64,000 bases of DNA, taken from assembly GCA_048941285.1 (NCBI GenBank), contig JBHLNS010000007.1:1-64000 (forward strand). The letters are read 5' to 3'. The first letter of the stretch is position 1. Every line of letters starts with the position of its first letter. Source of the stretch: Promethearchaeota archaeon (GTDB taxonomy: Archaea > Asgardarchaeota > Lokiarchaeia > Sigyniarchaeales > SOKP01). This document shows positions 9,622-19,953 of the stretch, piece after piece. The position numbers and the translations under genes were made by a program. The notes under the pieces were generated by a model. The model had not been told where the DNA came from and did not search any database. It saw only the letters and a program-made list of their open reading frames with translations.

Positions 9622-11724
9622 ATGTCAGAAAAAGAAATCAAACTCTTTGTCGATGCCAATAGTGAAATAAAAGATAAGGTTATTATTTGCCAATCAAATG
9701 CTACTAAATTAGGAGTGAAAAACGGGAATAAAATAGAAATTTTAAACATTGATAATAATTTGAAAAAGACCGCAAGTGTTGAAATTTCTGATAAAGTTTT
9801 AGATTTTGCAGGTCAGTTTTCAAAAAATATCCTAGATGATTTGCAATTTTCTGGAGTCGAATTAACGGTACGCCCCTTAAGTGCTGCCACTTCACTTGCT
9901 CCAACTCTTAAAGTCCCAAAAGTCCCATTATCTCAACCAAGCTCGGTTCAACAGCCTACTCCAGCACCTCAGCCATCATTCACCCCGCCTCCAGCACCTA
10001 CTTACGCCCCTCAACCCACTCCCAAACCTCAACCTTCATTCAGCCCACCTCCTGCGCCTATGCCTTCCCCCCAACCTTCATTATCACCATTACCATCACG
10101 AGTTCCACCACCAATAGAAATACCACAGCCTGGTATTTCCCAGTATGGAGCGGAACCAGCAGCAACTGTAGAACCATATCCAAATAAAATCGATATAAAC
10201 ATGCTCCAAAATCAAAAAAATGGAATAATCCTTACACCCAGAATAGATGACCGTATTGAAGGAGGTAGAGTACATTTAAATCCTAGTATTATCCAAAGAC
10301 TGGGACTCGGACAAGGCATGTTGATTGCTTGGGAGGATCCCCTAACGAGAGCTATGGGCTCAGCAAGAATCGATTCAGCAAGTATTGGCCCGAATGAAAT
10401 AACAATGAGTATGGACACATACGAAGACACAAATATTCAATCCCAACAAGTTGTAATATATTCAACTGAACCTCCAATACAACAAGCTTCTGAATTAATG
10501 CTAGAAGTTCATTCTCAGCCAAATTTGATGGGCTATGCTTTAGTGAGCCCCAGAACACAATATTCCCTTTCTCTTCAAAGAGATGATATTTTAGCATTTG
10601 AAGATGAGCTTACAGGTGCTATGGGAGCGGGAAAAGTAGATATTTCAGAAAATACTCCTGATAATGCAATATTTATTGATAGTGAGATTTTAGAAGCTTC
10701 AGGTATTGGTAGTTTTGAAGTAAAAGTATCCAAAAATCAAAGAACAATTATACCGTTACAAAACATTTCTCTTGGAATTTCCCCCATTTCAGGAGAAAAT
10801 ATGTGGGAAATAATAAGTACCGCTCGAGAAAATGTTGATTCGATGAAAGGTTGGATTTCAAATTATATTATATTTAAAGGAATAAAACTTCGATGGTCAG
10901 CAGTTAATATTGCATGTTCTGTTTTAGATACCGTTCCTGATTTAACAGGAGATATATTTGCTAATGTTACCCCGAATACGACTTTATCTTTAAGTCCTGT
11001 AGGTTTAATTCCATTTAATGCTATCTTAGTAATTGATATAAGCCGTTCAATGATGGCACGGGATGTTCTGGTTGTCAATATCGCTCCTGCAATAGAAGGA
11101 ATAAAAGCAGCTATGGAATCTCGGGAAATCCAAGAATTCTTAAAGCATTTTAAAGATGGAATTAACATTCCACGAAGAATATCAGCAGCTTTTGCAGCAG
11201 TTCTCTTCTTAAGTGAAAAAGTTGGGAGAGGCTTCGGAGAAAAGGTTTCAGTAATAAGATTTGCAGATGAAGCACAAGTACTCCCATTTGGTGGTAGTTT
11301 CTATATGGACTCCGCGAGTGGTAAAAAGGGTGTACTTGAAGACGCCGCTCGTATGATTGTTGATCGGATAGGCAACGCTTATGGACAAGCTACAGCACTC
11401 GGAGCAGCTATGAGATCTGCTCTTCAAGTATTAGGTGAGTTCGAAAAAATGAATCCAGACCAGCCGACGATGATAGTCATACTTACAGATGGTGTTCCGA
11501 CAGATGGAGATGCTTTCTTCAATGAGATTAAGAAATTAGCTGATAATCCAAATGTTGTTGCATATATTGTAGGTTTAGGTAACCCTGATGATGCATTAAT
11601 GGCACGTGCCGCTGCTCTTTGTGGGGGGGAATACTTTAAACCTGAAGATGCTGGTGAATTATTAGTCTGGTATTCCAAAAGAGCAAGAGACTTAACAGTT
11701 AAACTAAAAGCTCACAAAGAATGA
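9622..11724 (+). CDS. VWA-domain protein with N-terminal Cdc48/p97-N-like beta-barrel repeats and a Pro-rich linker
   Basis: MIDAS motif DISRS, T in GQATALG, ILTDG; repeated units such as GRVHLNPSIIQRLGLGQGMLI and AIFIDSEILEASGI. Confidence 0.75.
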   Translation: MSEKEIKLFVDANSEIKDKVIICQSNATKLGVKNGNKIEILNIDNNLKKTASVEISDKVLDFAGQFSKNILDDLQFSGVELTVRPLSAATSLAPTLKVPKVPLSQPSSVQQPTPAPQPSFTPPPAPTYAPQPTPKPQPSFSPPPAPMPSPQPSLSPLPSRVPPPIEIPQPGISQYGAEPAATVEPYPNKIDINMLQNQKNGIILTPRIDDRIEGGRVHLNPSIIQRLGLGQGMLIAWEDPLTRAMGSARIDSASIGPNEITMSMDTYEDTNIQSQQVVIYSTEPPIQQASELMLEVHSQPNLMGYALVSPRTQYSLSLQRDDILAFEDELTGAMGAGKVDISENTPDNAIFIDSEILEASGIGSFEVKVSKNQRTIIPLQNISLGISPISGENMWEIISTARENVDSMKGWISNYIIFKGIKLRWSAVNIACSVLDTVPDLTGDIFANVTPNTTLSLSPVGLIPFNAILVIDISRSMMARDVLVVNIAPAIEGIKAAMESREIQEFLKHFKDGINIPRRISAAFAAVLFLSEKVGRGFGEKVSVIRFADEAQVLPFGGSFYMDSASGKKGVLEDAARMIVDRIGNAYGQATALGAAMRSALQVLGEFEKMNPDQPTMIVILTDGVPTDGDAFFNEIKKLADNPNVVAYIVGLGNPDDALMARAAALCGGEYFKPEDAGELLVWYSKRARDLTVKLKAHKE
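9955..10095 (+). repeat. Intragenic Pro-rich tandem repeat (3 degenerate copies)
   Basis: PTPAPQPSFTPPPAP / PTPKPQPSFSPPPAP / MPSPQPSLSPLP; C-rich DNA in an AT-rich background. Confidence 0.8.
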
Positions 11725-11911
11725 AAATATATTACCCTTAAATTTATTAATTATTTCATGAATCTTTTTTTCAGTATTGATTTTAATTATGCTTTTTAGT
11801 TTATTAGGTTTACATCAAAGTTATTAATAATAATTTTAATAATAATTATAAGAAAATTATATCCTTGATTTATCGTTAGAAATTTATAGCAGTAAAACGA
11901 TAATAAAAAAT

Positions 11912-12313
11912 ATGAAAGATGTAAAAATTATTACTATAGATAATCGAGGACGAATAGTTCTGCCTTTAGTGACTAGAAAGAATCTCGGACTCACCACGAA
12001 TTCGCAGTTAATGTTAGTAAGCGATTCAGAAACAAAAGAAATAAGAATTACACCTATTGGATTAAAAAATGAAGGAAAATTAGTGAAGTTAAAAGTAATA
12101 ATGAAAGATATACCCGGTGCGTTAGCGAAGATACTCGATATTTTCGCAGAAGAAGAGATTAGCTTAGTATATAGTGAAGCGGTAATTGTTGAAAAAGATA
12201 AAACAGCAGTTTGGACAGCTATTTCAGAAACTCCTAAGGATCTGGATGAATTAAAAAATATATTAACAGAAAAGGGAGAAGCATTAGAAGTAGATTTCTC
12301 TCCTTTAGATTAA
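11912..12313 (+). CDS. AbrB/MazE-type DNA-binding + ACT domain regulator
   Basis: IDNRGRIVLPLVTRKNLGL (AbrB) and MKDIPGALAKILDIF (ACT). Confidence 0.85.
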   Translation: MKDVKIITIDNRGRIVLPLVTRKNLGLTTNSQLMLVSDSETKEIRITPIGLKNEGKLVKLKVIMKDIPGALAKILDIFAEEEISLVYSEAVIVEKDKTAVWTAISETPKDLDELKNILTEKGEALEVDFSPLD

Positions 12314-12349
12314 GACTTATTTAAATTTTATTTATAAAAATCTATTATT

Positions 12350-13156
12350 TTGGTGTATTTGGTGGGGAAGAAGAAAAAAAAAGAGAAGAGAAAGAAACTC
12401 CAAGATAGTGATGAAGTTGTTGAAGAGATCTCTGAATATTCACTCGATACAGCTTTTCATTCTGCGAAAAAAACTGAGACTACTTTACAAACTTTATTAA
12501 AGGGTGTGTCAGAAGGACAAGGTTATATAAAACCAAAAAAAGAAGGGGATATTAAGATAACTCCTCAATTATCACATGAATCGCGTAGTAAGATTGCTGA
12601 GGCTTACGTCTTAGAAGATGTCCCTATAGTTCAACGAGAGAGAGATGAAACAACGCCAAGAACTAAATTAATCCCCGAAAGTGGCGAAAAAGTAAAAGAA
12701 ATTACTCCAAAAGTAGAAGTCACGATAACCCCAGAAAACCAAAAGCCTACTACTAAATCAGCTATACAAGAGCCGTCATTTATTAAAAAGGAGAGTATAT
12801 ATTCAAAATTAACAGAATTTTTTGAGGGGTTGTTATTAAGTTATAATGACAATTATGATCGTTGGGAAATGTCAATTTCTAATATTTTGGGGATATTACG
12901 GAAGATGCGCAAAATTACAAAGAAAAACACAGATGATCTAGTAAGTTCTATTAATAATGTATTTGAAAAAATACAGGAAGATTTAGAACAATTTAAAGTT
13001 AAGCGAGATGAGACTGAAAAGGTTGCTGAGGTTGATATTGAATCCATGTCAGGGGAATTTAAACGAGTATTAGGTCTACTTGAGTTACAGGTTAAAGAAT
13101 ACCAATTAAAGCGAGTTACAGACGAATTTATTCATAAATTAAAATTCTTTCAATAA
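12350..13156 (+). CDS. Hypothetical protein, disordered N-terminus and coiled-coil C-terminus
   Basis: 268-aa ORF directly upstream of the actin-family gene. Confidence 0.7.
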   Translation: MVYLVGKKKKKEKRKKLQDSDEVVEEISEYSLDTAFHSAKKTETTLQTLLKGVSEGQGYIKPKKEGDIKITPQLSHESRSKIAEAYVLEDVPIVQRERDETTPRTKLIPESGEKVKEITPKVEVTITPENQKPTTKSAIQEPSFIKKESIYSKLTEFFEGLLLSYNDNYDRWEMSISNILGILRKMRKITKKNTDDLVSSINNVFEKIQEDLEQFKVKRDETEKVAEVDIESMSGEFKRVLGLLELQVKEYQLKRVTDEFIHKLKFFQ

Positions 13157-13213
13157 CTCTGTAATTTCCACTATTTAAAAGGCAATATATAGGAAAATTT
13201 TAGACAGACTATT

Positions 13214-14413
13214 ATGTCCACTATAGAAAAAGATCAATTACGTCCACTTATTATTGATATTGGCAGTAAAAATTTAAGAATGGGATGGGCTGGAGATGAT
13301 TTTCCAGATATTATTGCTCCTACTGTTTATGTTAATAATACAGATTATTTATTTGCATCTGATGTAATTGACGGCCTTGAAGATATTTACATTACTGAAA
13401 AAAGTATTGAAAATCATTTATTTGGGCACGATGCTATAAAGTACTCAAATATACTTAAAATTCATGAATTCAGAAAGGAAAGTAATTATAATATTTTTAT
13501 GAAATTCTTCTACCATCATTATAAGCAATTAGAAATAACAGAAGAAAATCAATTTAAACAACCGATTATAATAATTTCTCCGTATTTCATGCCGGAAATA
13601 GAGAATACAAAGTTACAGGATATTTTCTTAAATGTTTTTGATTTCCCTTCATTATTATTTTTATCTGAAAGCCAAGGAATATTAGCTACATTACGGAAAA
13701 CTAGTGGTATAGTAATAAGCATGGGGGAAACAAATACTATTATTACTACATTTTTACATGGTTTCTCAAATGTAATGGCAAGAGATATTTATCCTATTGC
13801 TGGAAAAGATTTAACAAATTATTTATTAAATTTAATTATATCAAAAAAAGGCTCTGGAAAGAATATTTTTCTTGATAAAATGATTGCTAATGAAATTAAA
13901 GAGAAATTATCTTTATGTGTAATAAATCCAGATGAAGAGATAAGAAGAATCAAAGATGGATTAACGAAATATAATAGAAATATTGATTTACCTGATGGGA
14001 CAAATCTAGAAATAAACACAGAAAGATTTATGCTAGCTGAACCCCTCTTTAAACCTTCTTTAATTCATATTGATTATATAGGGTTACCAGAAGCAATTTC
14101 AAAAGTTACTAAATTCTGGGATAGGGAAAACTGGGAGGATATATTATCCAATATAATCATAGCAGGAGGGGGTAGTTTAATTCCGGGATTAGATGTAAGA
14201 TTAAAAGCTGAAATTTCAAAACATTTTTCTGATAGGTTAAAAGATAAAATTAACGTGTTAGGAGTTTCAGGGAGAGAAAACATTGGTTGGATTGGTGCCA
14301 GTGTTTTATGGGCGCAAGGTAAATTAAATAAAGGTTGGATTCAAAATCCTAAACAAAAAGATTCTGAGCAAGAGAAAGAATTTGAAAATACAAATCAAAA
14401 TATTGAATTATAG
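13214..14413 (+). CDS. Actin-family protein (divergent Asgard actin/ARP-like)
   Basis: IIDIGSKNLRMGWAGDDFP, IAGKDLTNYL, EIKEKL, LPDG, ERFMLAEPLFKPS, NIIIAGGGSLIPG, WIGASVL. Confidence 0.92.
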   Translation: MSTIEKDQLRPLIIDIGSKNLRMGWAGDDFPDIIAPTVYVNNTDYLFASDVIDGLEDIYITEKSIENHLFGHDAIKYSNILKIHEFRKESNYNIFMKFFYHHYKQLEITEENQFKQPIIIISPYFMPEIENTKLQDIFLNVFDFPSLLFLSESQGILATLRKTSGIVISMGETNTIITTFLHGFSNVMARDIYPIAGKDLTNYLLNLIISKKGSGKNIFLDKMIANEIKEKLSLCVINPDEEIRRIKDGLTKYNRNIDLPDGTNLEINTERFMLAEPLFKPSLIHIDYIGLPEAISKVTKFWDRENWEDILSNIIIAGGGSLIPGLDVRLKAEISKHFSDRLKDKINVLGVSGRENIGWIGASVLWAQGKLNKGWIQNPKQKDSEQEKEFENTNQNIEL

Positions 14414-14428
14414 GATAATAAAATACCC

Positions 14429-17020
14429 ATGTCTGTTAGCGCTGATGTAAAACAATTGTTTTTAACTAATTTTCAGAACAAAATTATAACAGCCCGTAAG
14501 TTATTATATACTGCTAACCATTTATGGGCTTCAAAATTATTAGATGATTTAAGTTTTGAAATAGCTAAGAATGATTGGCTCGATATTCAAAAAAAGCATC
14601 AATTAATAATGATTATTTCAAATTCTTGGTGGATGTATATAAATTCATTAATTAAACATAAGGAAGGAGAGGTAGGGATCGATTTAATTAGATATATTGA
14701 TGCTTATAATAGATTTTTTTCATTTTTATCAAAATTAGATGATTTTTATTTATTTAATAATTTCTGTACAAATCTTCTTCAAGAATTTGTAAACAAGGAA
14801 GAAATATCCCAAGTAGGAATAACTAAATTCATTTCTTCTTTTTCTGCAAAATTGCATGAGAGAGATGATTTTCAGAGATTATTTGAATTACAAATATTAC
14901 AAACCTTCTTAAGAAAATCAGTAGTTCCTTCAGAATATTTCCATTTGAGTATGGAAAGCATTAGTAAAACAATATTTAATATAGAACCTAGTAGACGAGC
15001 GTTATTTATTTACATTTTAATAGAAAATGTTTGCTTAAAATATAAACTAATGGACGATTCTACAGAATTTGTTAGACTTATCAATAAAATTTTAATCAAC
15101 AGGCTTCCAGGTTATTTAAAAAACGAGTTTAGTAGTATAAGCAGAATTGCAATAAATGAAAGAAGTTTTAATACAATTTTAGCTGATTTGGAAGCATTAA
15201 TTTATTATTTAAACGATATTAGTGAATATTCTTGGATTGTTATCTTTATTAGAAACATCTTTTTTAAGAAGCAAGAATATGAATCATTTGGTGAAGCGGT
15301 TACCTACATTAGGAAATTTATTGATTTCTCGATTAATAGAAATCGTTTTGAAATTGCTTATGAAATTTATGATTTCTTAGAAGATTTATTTATGTATAAA
15401 ACAGATCTGTCTTATGATAAAGTCTTAATTGAATTATGGGTTGAAGCATGCAAAAAATTTGTTGATATGAAAGAAAAAAAGTATCTACTCCAATCTTTAG
15501 AGAAGTTAAGCAATCATTTAAAATTACCTCAAACTAATGACCAATTATTTCACTATTTCTATACATGTAATATACTGTGGCAATTTAAATCGATGTTTTT
15601 TTCCCTAGAACAGAAAGATTTTTGGAGAATGATGTTTTACCGTTCCCTTTTTGAGGAACAGAATCTAAACATGTCACAGAAGATACTACTATATTTAGAG
15701 GAGGATCTTAAGAAAAAAGTAAAAGATCTCCCTGCTTTATATGCTGAAACAGAACTTTTGAAAAAAGAAATATATAATTTTAATGAACAAATAAATCAAA
15801 TACAATTATTTCCCAATGAGTTTAGTATAAAGCAGTTAATATTAAGAATCAATTCTGATGGAATGATATTATATAGGTTTATATCAATAAATAACGAAAT
15901 AATTCAAGGCACAATTACTAATGAATTTTGGAATGATTCTCAATTAATTGAAATTTATAATGAACTTTTTTATGAATCAGAATATCGAAAATACAATTTT
16001 AGTTTAAAAGACTTTGGAGAGTTATTATACATTTTTCTACCAAAGTTAATTCGAGATTTTTTTAAATCATTTAAAATTGAGAGTATAAATATAACACCAC
16101 AAATCTATTTCATTTTGGATAATATGACTATTCCCTTTGACCTAATTTATGATAATAATTTTTTCTTATTAAAATATTCAAGTGGATATAAAATAGGTGA
16201 TGTACCACTTGGTGGTGTTGCTTTTGAAGATGAATCTCCTAAAATACCTCTAACTGATGTTTCTAATAATAAATTTAATGTTTTAGTAATTGAATCCATA
16301 AATGCTAATAATCCTGTAAAATGGAACGATAGAACCAAACAGAAAGAGTTAATTTATCCATTTCAAGCTGGAGCTGATGAGCTAAATTATATACTAAGTT
16401 TTTTCAATCAAAGAAGTGAAGTTGGTCAAATTGCTACTTTAATAGGGATAAATTCTACACGGGAAAAAATTTTAGCAAATTTATCAGCTGACATTTATCA
16501 TATTATAGTATTTGTAGGGAATATTTTTTATTCTAAATGGAGTCCAAAAAATAGTCTTTTCCTTACAAATGACAATCAAATTTTGACATTTAATGACATT
16601 AGCCGAATTTTATGTCAGAAGAATTCAAAAGTACAACCGTTGATAATTTTTAATTCACAGGTTTATGATATTGAAGGAAAAAAATTAAGGAACACTTTAA
16701 CAACATTCGGTGAGATTGTTACTCAATTTGATTACAATAAAATAACAGGAATAGTTTCAAAAAATTATCCTATTTTTAATGATGAAACAAAACAAATTAT
16801 CTCAAATTTCATTGTGAATTTCTTTAACAATAACAGTCAAGGAGTTTCACTCTTAAAAGCGCGTCAACAATGTATTGCAAATAAAATGGAAAAGCTTATT
16901 GCACAGCAAGTTGAGGATTCGAGTGCTTATGCGGGTATTCAACATATAGATTTAAGAAGTAGTTTAGCAATGTCTAGCTATTTACTTTTTGGGAGACCTT
17001 GGAAAAAAATCGGGTCTTAA
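14429..17020 (+). CDS. Alpha-solenoid + CHAT (caspase-like, clan CD) domain protein, probably inactive
   Basis: IPFDLIYD, ADELNYI, STREKILANL, HIIVFVGN, IIFNSQ, GVSLLKARQ and YLLFGRPW follow the CHAT layout. Confidence 0.7.
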   Translation: MSVSADVKQLFLTNFQNKIITARKLLYTANHLWASKLLDDLSFEIAKNDWLDIQKKHQLIMIISNSWWMYINSLIKHKEGEVGIDLIRYIDAYNRFFSFLSKLDDFYLFNNFCTNLLQEFVNKEEISQVGITKFISSFSAKLHERDDFQRLFELQILQTFLRKSVVPSEYFHLSMESISKTIFNIEPSRRALFIYILIENVCLKYKLMDDSTEFVRLINKILINRLPGYLKNEFSSISRIAINERSFNTILADLEALIYYLNDISEYSWIVIFIRNIFFKKQEYESFGEAVTYIRKFIDFSINRNRFEIAYEIYDFLEDLFMYKTDLSYDKVLIELWVEACKKFVDMKEKKYLLQSLEKLSNHLKLPQTNDQLFHYFYTCNILWQFKSMFFSLEQKDFWRMMFYRSLFEEQNLNMSQKILLYLEEDLKKKVKDLPALYAETELLKKEIYNFNEQINQIQLFPNEFSIKQLILRINSDGMILYRFISINNEIIQGTITNEFWNDSQLIEIYNELFYESEYRKYNFSLKDFGELLYIFLPKLIRDFFKSFKIESINITPQIYFILDNMTIPFDLIYDNNFFLLKYSSGYKIGDVPLGGVAFEDESPKIPLTDVSNNKFNVLVIESINANNPVKWNDRTKQKELIYPFQAGADELNYILSFFNQRSEVGQIATLIGINSTREKILANLSADIYHIIVFVGNIFYSKWSPKNSLFLTNDNQILTFNDISRILCQKNSKVQPLIIFNSQVYDIEGKKLRNTLTTFGEIVTQFDYNKITGIVSKNYPIFNDETKQIISNFIVNFFNNNSQGVSLLKARQQCIANKMEKLIAQQVEDSSAYAGIQHIDLRSSLAMSSYLLFGRPWKKIGS

Positions 17021-17119
17021 ATTTCATTTATCTTTAACCAAAAATCAATAAATAAATAATAGTAATACAAATATAATTTATAATATTCATTATTAAAACA
17101 AAAAAATAGTTGATATCTT

Positions 17120-17656
17120 TTGTCAGATCGAAATTTAGAGCTAAGGATTGAAAATAAGAAATTACGAGCGCAGATAACAGATCTTGAAAATAAGATAATG
17201 ACATTAGTAGGAATGGTTAATATTGAATCTAGTGGTGGAGTTGATAAGAAAAATGTTTTGAATGATTTATTGATCAATTTAATTAATTCTACCAAAGACC
17301 AATTAAATATTATTACCCCACGCATTGATGACTTTTATGCAAAAGAACTCAAAAGAGCTGTTGAACGAGGAATTCCAGTGCTTTTAATCACCAATGATAG
17401 AAGTGACATACCTAAAAGTTATATGCCAATTTATGATGATTTAAAACTTACTCAAGGCATTAGCGTAATAAACAACCCAAATGTCAAATTTTTATTAGTT
17501 TTTAATACTGAACAAGCTATTTATGCGGGGGGATCTTTAGATAAAGAAGAGTTATCAAAATCCATTCTAATCGTGACTAGGATTCAAGAGAAGATGAAAT
17601 TAAGATTAATTGCAGAAATTTTTTCCTTAATGCTTCCTACATTTATGAGAAGATAG
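17120..17656 (+). CDS. PLD-fold / TrmB effector-domain-like protein with a short N-terminal coiled coil
   Basis: LINSTKDQLNIITPRI, AVERGIPVLLIT, QAIYAGGSL; no HKD motif. Confidence 0.6.
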   Translation: MSDRNLELRIENKKLRAQITDLENKIMTLVGMVNIESSGGVDKKNVLNDLLINLINSTKDQLNIITPRIDDFYAKELKRAVERGIPVLLITNDRSDIPKSYMPIYDDLKLTQGISVINNPNVKFLLVFNTEQAIYAGGSLDKEELSKSILIVTRIQEKMKLRLIAEIFSLMLPTFMRR

Positions 17657-17761
17657 TGAAATATTTTTTTTATTTTTTCATTTTTAACTAAACCAATCAA
17701 TTTTATTTAAAATAATTAGATAATTGAAATTTTTGATAGAAAATCATATATATGAGAAAAA

Positions 17762-19942
17762 ATGGATGTAGATAAAAAAGTAATAGACTCAAAAGCTATT
17801 GCTGAATTTTTAGGAGTAGGGTCTAATATATACATCCAATGTATAAATTATTTTGAAGAACAAAAGAAAATAGAAAATTATTTTGAAGAAAGTTTCTTAA
17901 AATGGAAAGAAATCTTCAGTATATTCTATGGATATGAAATAAGCTCTGAATTATTTTTGAAACATACGTACTTTATACATATCTTAAAAATTATTGTTAT
18001 TTCCAAATCCAGCAATAAAAATCTCAATTTTGAGGAAATTAATAATTTGTATAATAATAAAACCTTGAAAGAGATCTTTAATTGCGATTATTTTTTCTGG
18101 ACAAAATTTAACAAAACAATAATTAAAAATATCTATAATAAGTTTAAAGAGATCAAATTTGCAAAACAAGATTTATTTAGCGATTTATATCAGCAAATAT
18201 TTTTACCTGAAACTAGACATAAAATTGGAGAATTCTTCACACCATCAAATTTAGTTCAAAAAATGGTGGAAGATGTTTATAAGTTGGGAACGAAAGTACT
18301 TGATCCATCATGTGGTCCAGGCAATTTTATTATCACAATAATGATTAGTATAATTGATTCTAAAGTATCAATGAAATCAAAAGAGATAGCATTATCAAAT
18401 ATCTTTGGTTTTGATATTAATCCTTTAGCTGTGATAACCGTAAAAGTTAACATTTTACTATTGAAATTAGAATACTTTAATAAGAGTAAACCTAATATTT
18501 CAAATCTAAATATTTTTTTAATTGATTCATTATTTCCAGAGCTTTATGAAAAAGAAATTGACTTCAATAATTTATATAGTAAATTTGACTTGGTGATTGG
18601 CAATCCTCCTTGGTTAACTTATAAAGACTTACATAGTAAGTCATATCAAATAAAAATTCGAGGTTTAGCAAACATATTAGGAATTAAACCGCTTAGTCAA
18701 TATATAACTCATATCGAGTTAGCTGCTATTTTTTTTTATGCAATACCTAACAATTTTTTATCTAAAAATGGAATAGTTTTCTTTGTAATGCCAAAAAGTG
18801 TCTTAAACGGAGATCATTGTCACAAGTTTCGAGCTTTTTCTATTTTCAATAAAAAGTTGGAAATTTGGGATTTTCCAAAACATTATTTTTTTAATGTTAA
18901 CCATATTTGTTTAAAAGCTGAATATATCGGAAAAGAAAATTCTATTTCAATCAATGAGAAATATCCAATTGAAACAAAGCTCTATAACACTGATCTAGAA
19001 TTAATAGAAGAAACATTATATTCAAGTTTGAGAATTGAAAATAATGGCGCAAAATTATTATTACCTTTAAGGGAATTAAATGCCATAAAAGGATTAAAAA
19101 TAAGTCCTTATAAAGAGAAATTTTTTCAAGGGGCTACATTAGTTCCAAGAACATTGATTTTCTTCAATAAAGTTCAGAAAAGCCATGATACTTTAATTAT
19201 TTCATCTGATTTAGAAATTTTATCTCGATCAAAAAAACAATGGAAATTTCCGTTTGAAAATAAAGAAATCGAAAATCAATTTCACTTTAAAACATTTTTA
19301 AATTTGGATCTTCTTCCATTCTATATTAAATTTAAAAAAAATGTTTTTCTCCCAATAAATGACCAACTTGATTTTGATATAGATTTTCTCAAAAATTTTC
19401 CTAAAGCGTTCAACTTTTATAAGGAAATGAATAGAATTTATCAACAAAATAAGAAGAAATCAAGTAGAATAAATAATTTATACGCGAATTTAAATTACTG
19501 GAATAAACTTAAAAAACAAAATAAAAATAAAGCTTATATTGTAGTATATAATGCTAGTGGTTCTAGTTTAAAATCTGCTGTTATTGATAACCAAAAACAG
19601 AGGTTGATCATAGGATCTGAAAATTATTATTACTCTAGCGATTCAGAAAGTGAAGTCTATTATCTTTCAGCAATTTTGAATGCTCCAATTCTATCTAAAT
19701 ATATCAAATTAGTGAAAAGTTCTAGGCATATTCATAAAAGACCCTTTATGTTTCCAATTCCACTTTATGATGAAGAAAATATAATTCATAGGAGTTTGGC
19801 TAAAAAAGGGAAAAAATATCATTCAGTTGTGCAAGATTTATTTTTAAATAATCCTAAAATTAAAAGTAAAAAAGTTAGGTTACTAATTAATTATAAATTA
19901 ATGAAATTAGATGAATTAACAAAAAAAATAATTTTTGAATAA
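17762..19942 (+). CDS. N6-adenine DNA methyltransferase (gamma class, N-6 DNA methylase/Eco57I-like) with TRD
   Basis: GEFFTP, VLDPSCGPGNF, GFDINP, FDLVIGNPPW. Confidence 0.88.
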   Translation: MDVDKKVIDSKAIAEFLGVGSNIYIQCINYFEEQKKIENYFEESFLKWKEIFSIFYGYEISSELFLKHTYFIHILKIIVISKSSNKNLNFEEINNLYNNKTLKEIFNCDYFFWTKFNKTIIKNIYNKFKEIKFAKQDLFSDLYQQIFLPETRHKIGEFFTPSNLVQKMVEDVYKLGTKVLDPSCGPGNFIITIMISIIDSKVSMKSKEIALSNIFGFDINPLAVITVKVNILLLKLEYFNKSKPNISNLNIFLIDSLFPELYEKEIDFNNLYSKFDLVIGNPPWLTYKDLHSKSYQIKIRGLANILGIKPLSQYITHIELAAIFFYAIPNNFLSKNGIVFFVMPKSVLNGDHCHKFRAFSIFNKKLEIWDFPKHYFFNVNHICLKAEYIGKENSISINEKYPIETKLYNTDLELIEETLYSSLRIENNGAKLLLPLRELNAIKGLKISPYKEKFFQGATLVPRTLIFFNKVQKSHDTLIISSDLEILSRSKKQWKFPFENKEIENQFHFKTFLNLDLLPFYIKFKKNVFLPINDQLDFDIDFLKNFPKAFNFYKEMNRIYQQNKKKSSRINNLYANLNYWNKLKKQNKNKAYIVVYNASGSSLKSAVIDNQKQRLIIGSENYYYSSDSESEVYYLSAILNAPILSKYIKLVKSSRHIHKRPFMFPIPLYDEENIIHRSLAKKGKKYHSVVQDLFLNNPKIKSKKVRLLINYKLMKLDELTKKIIFE

Positions 19943-19953
19943 TCTTCTATGAT

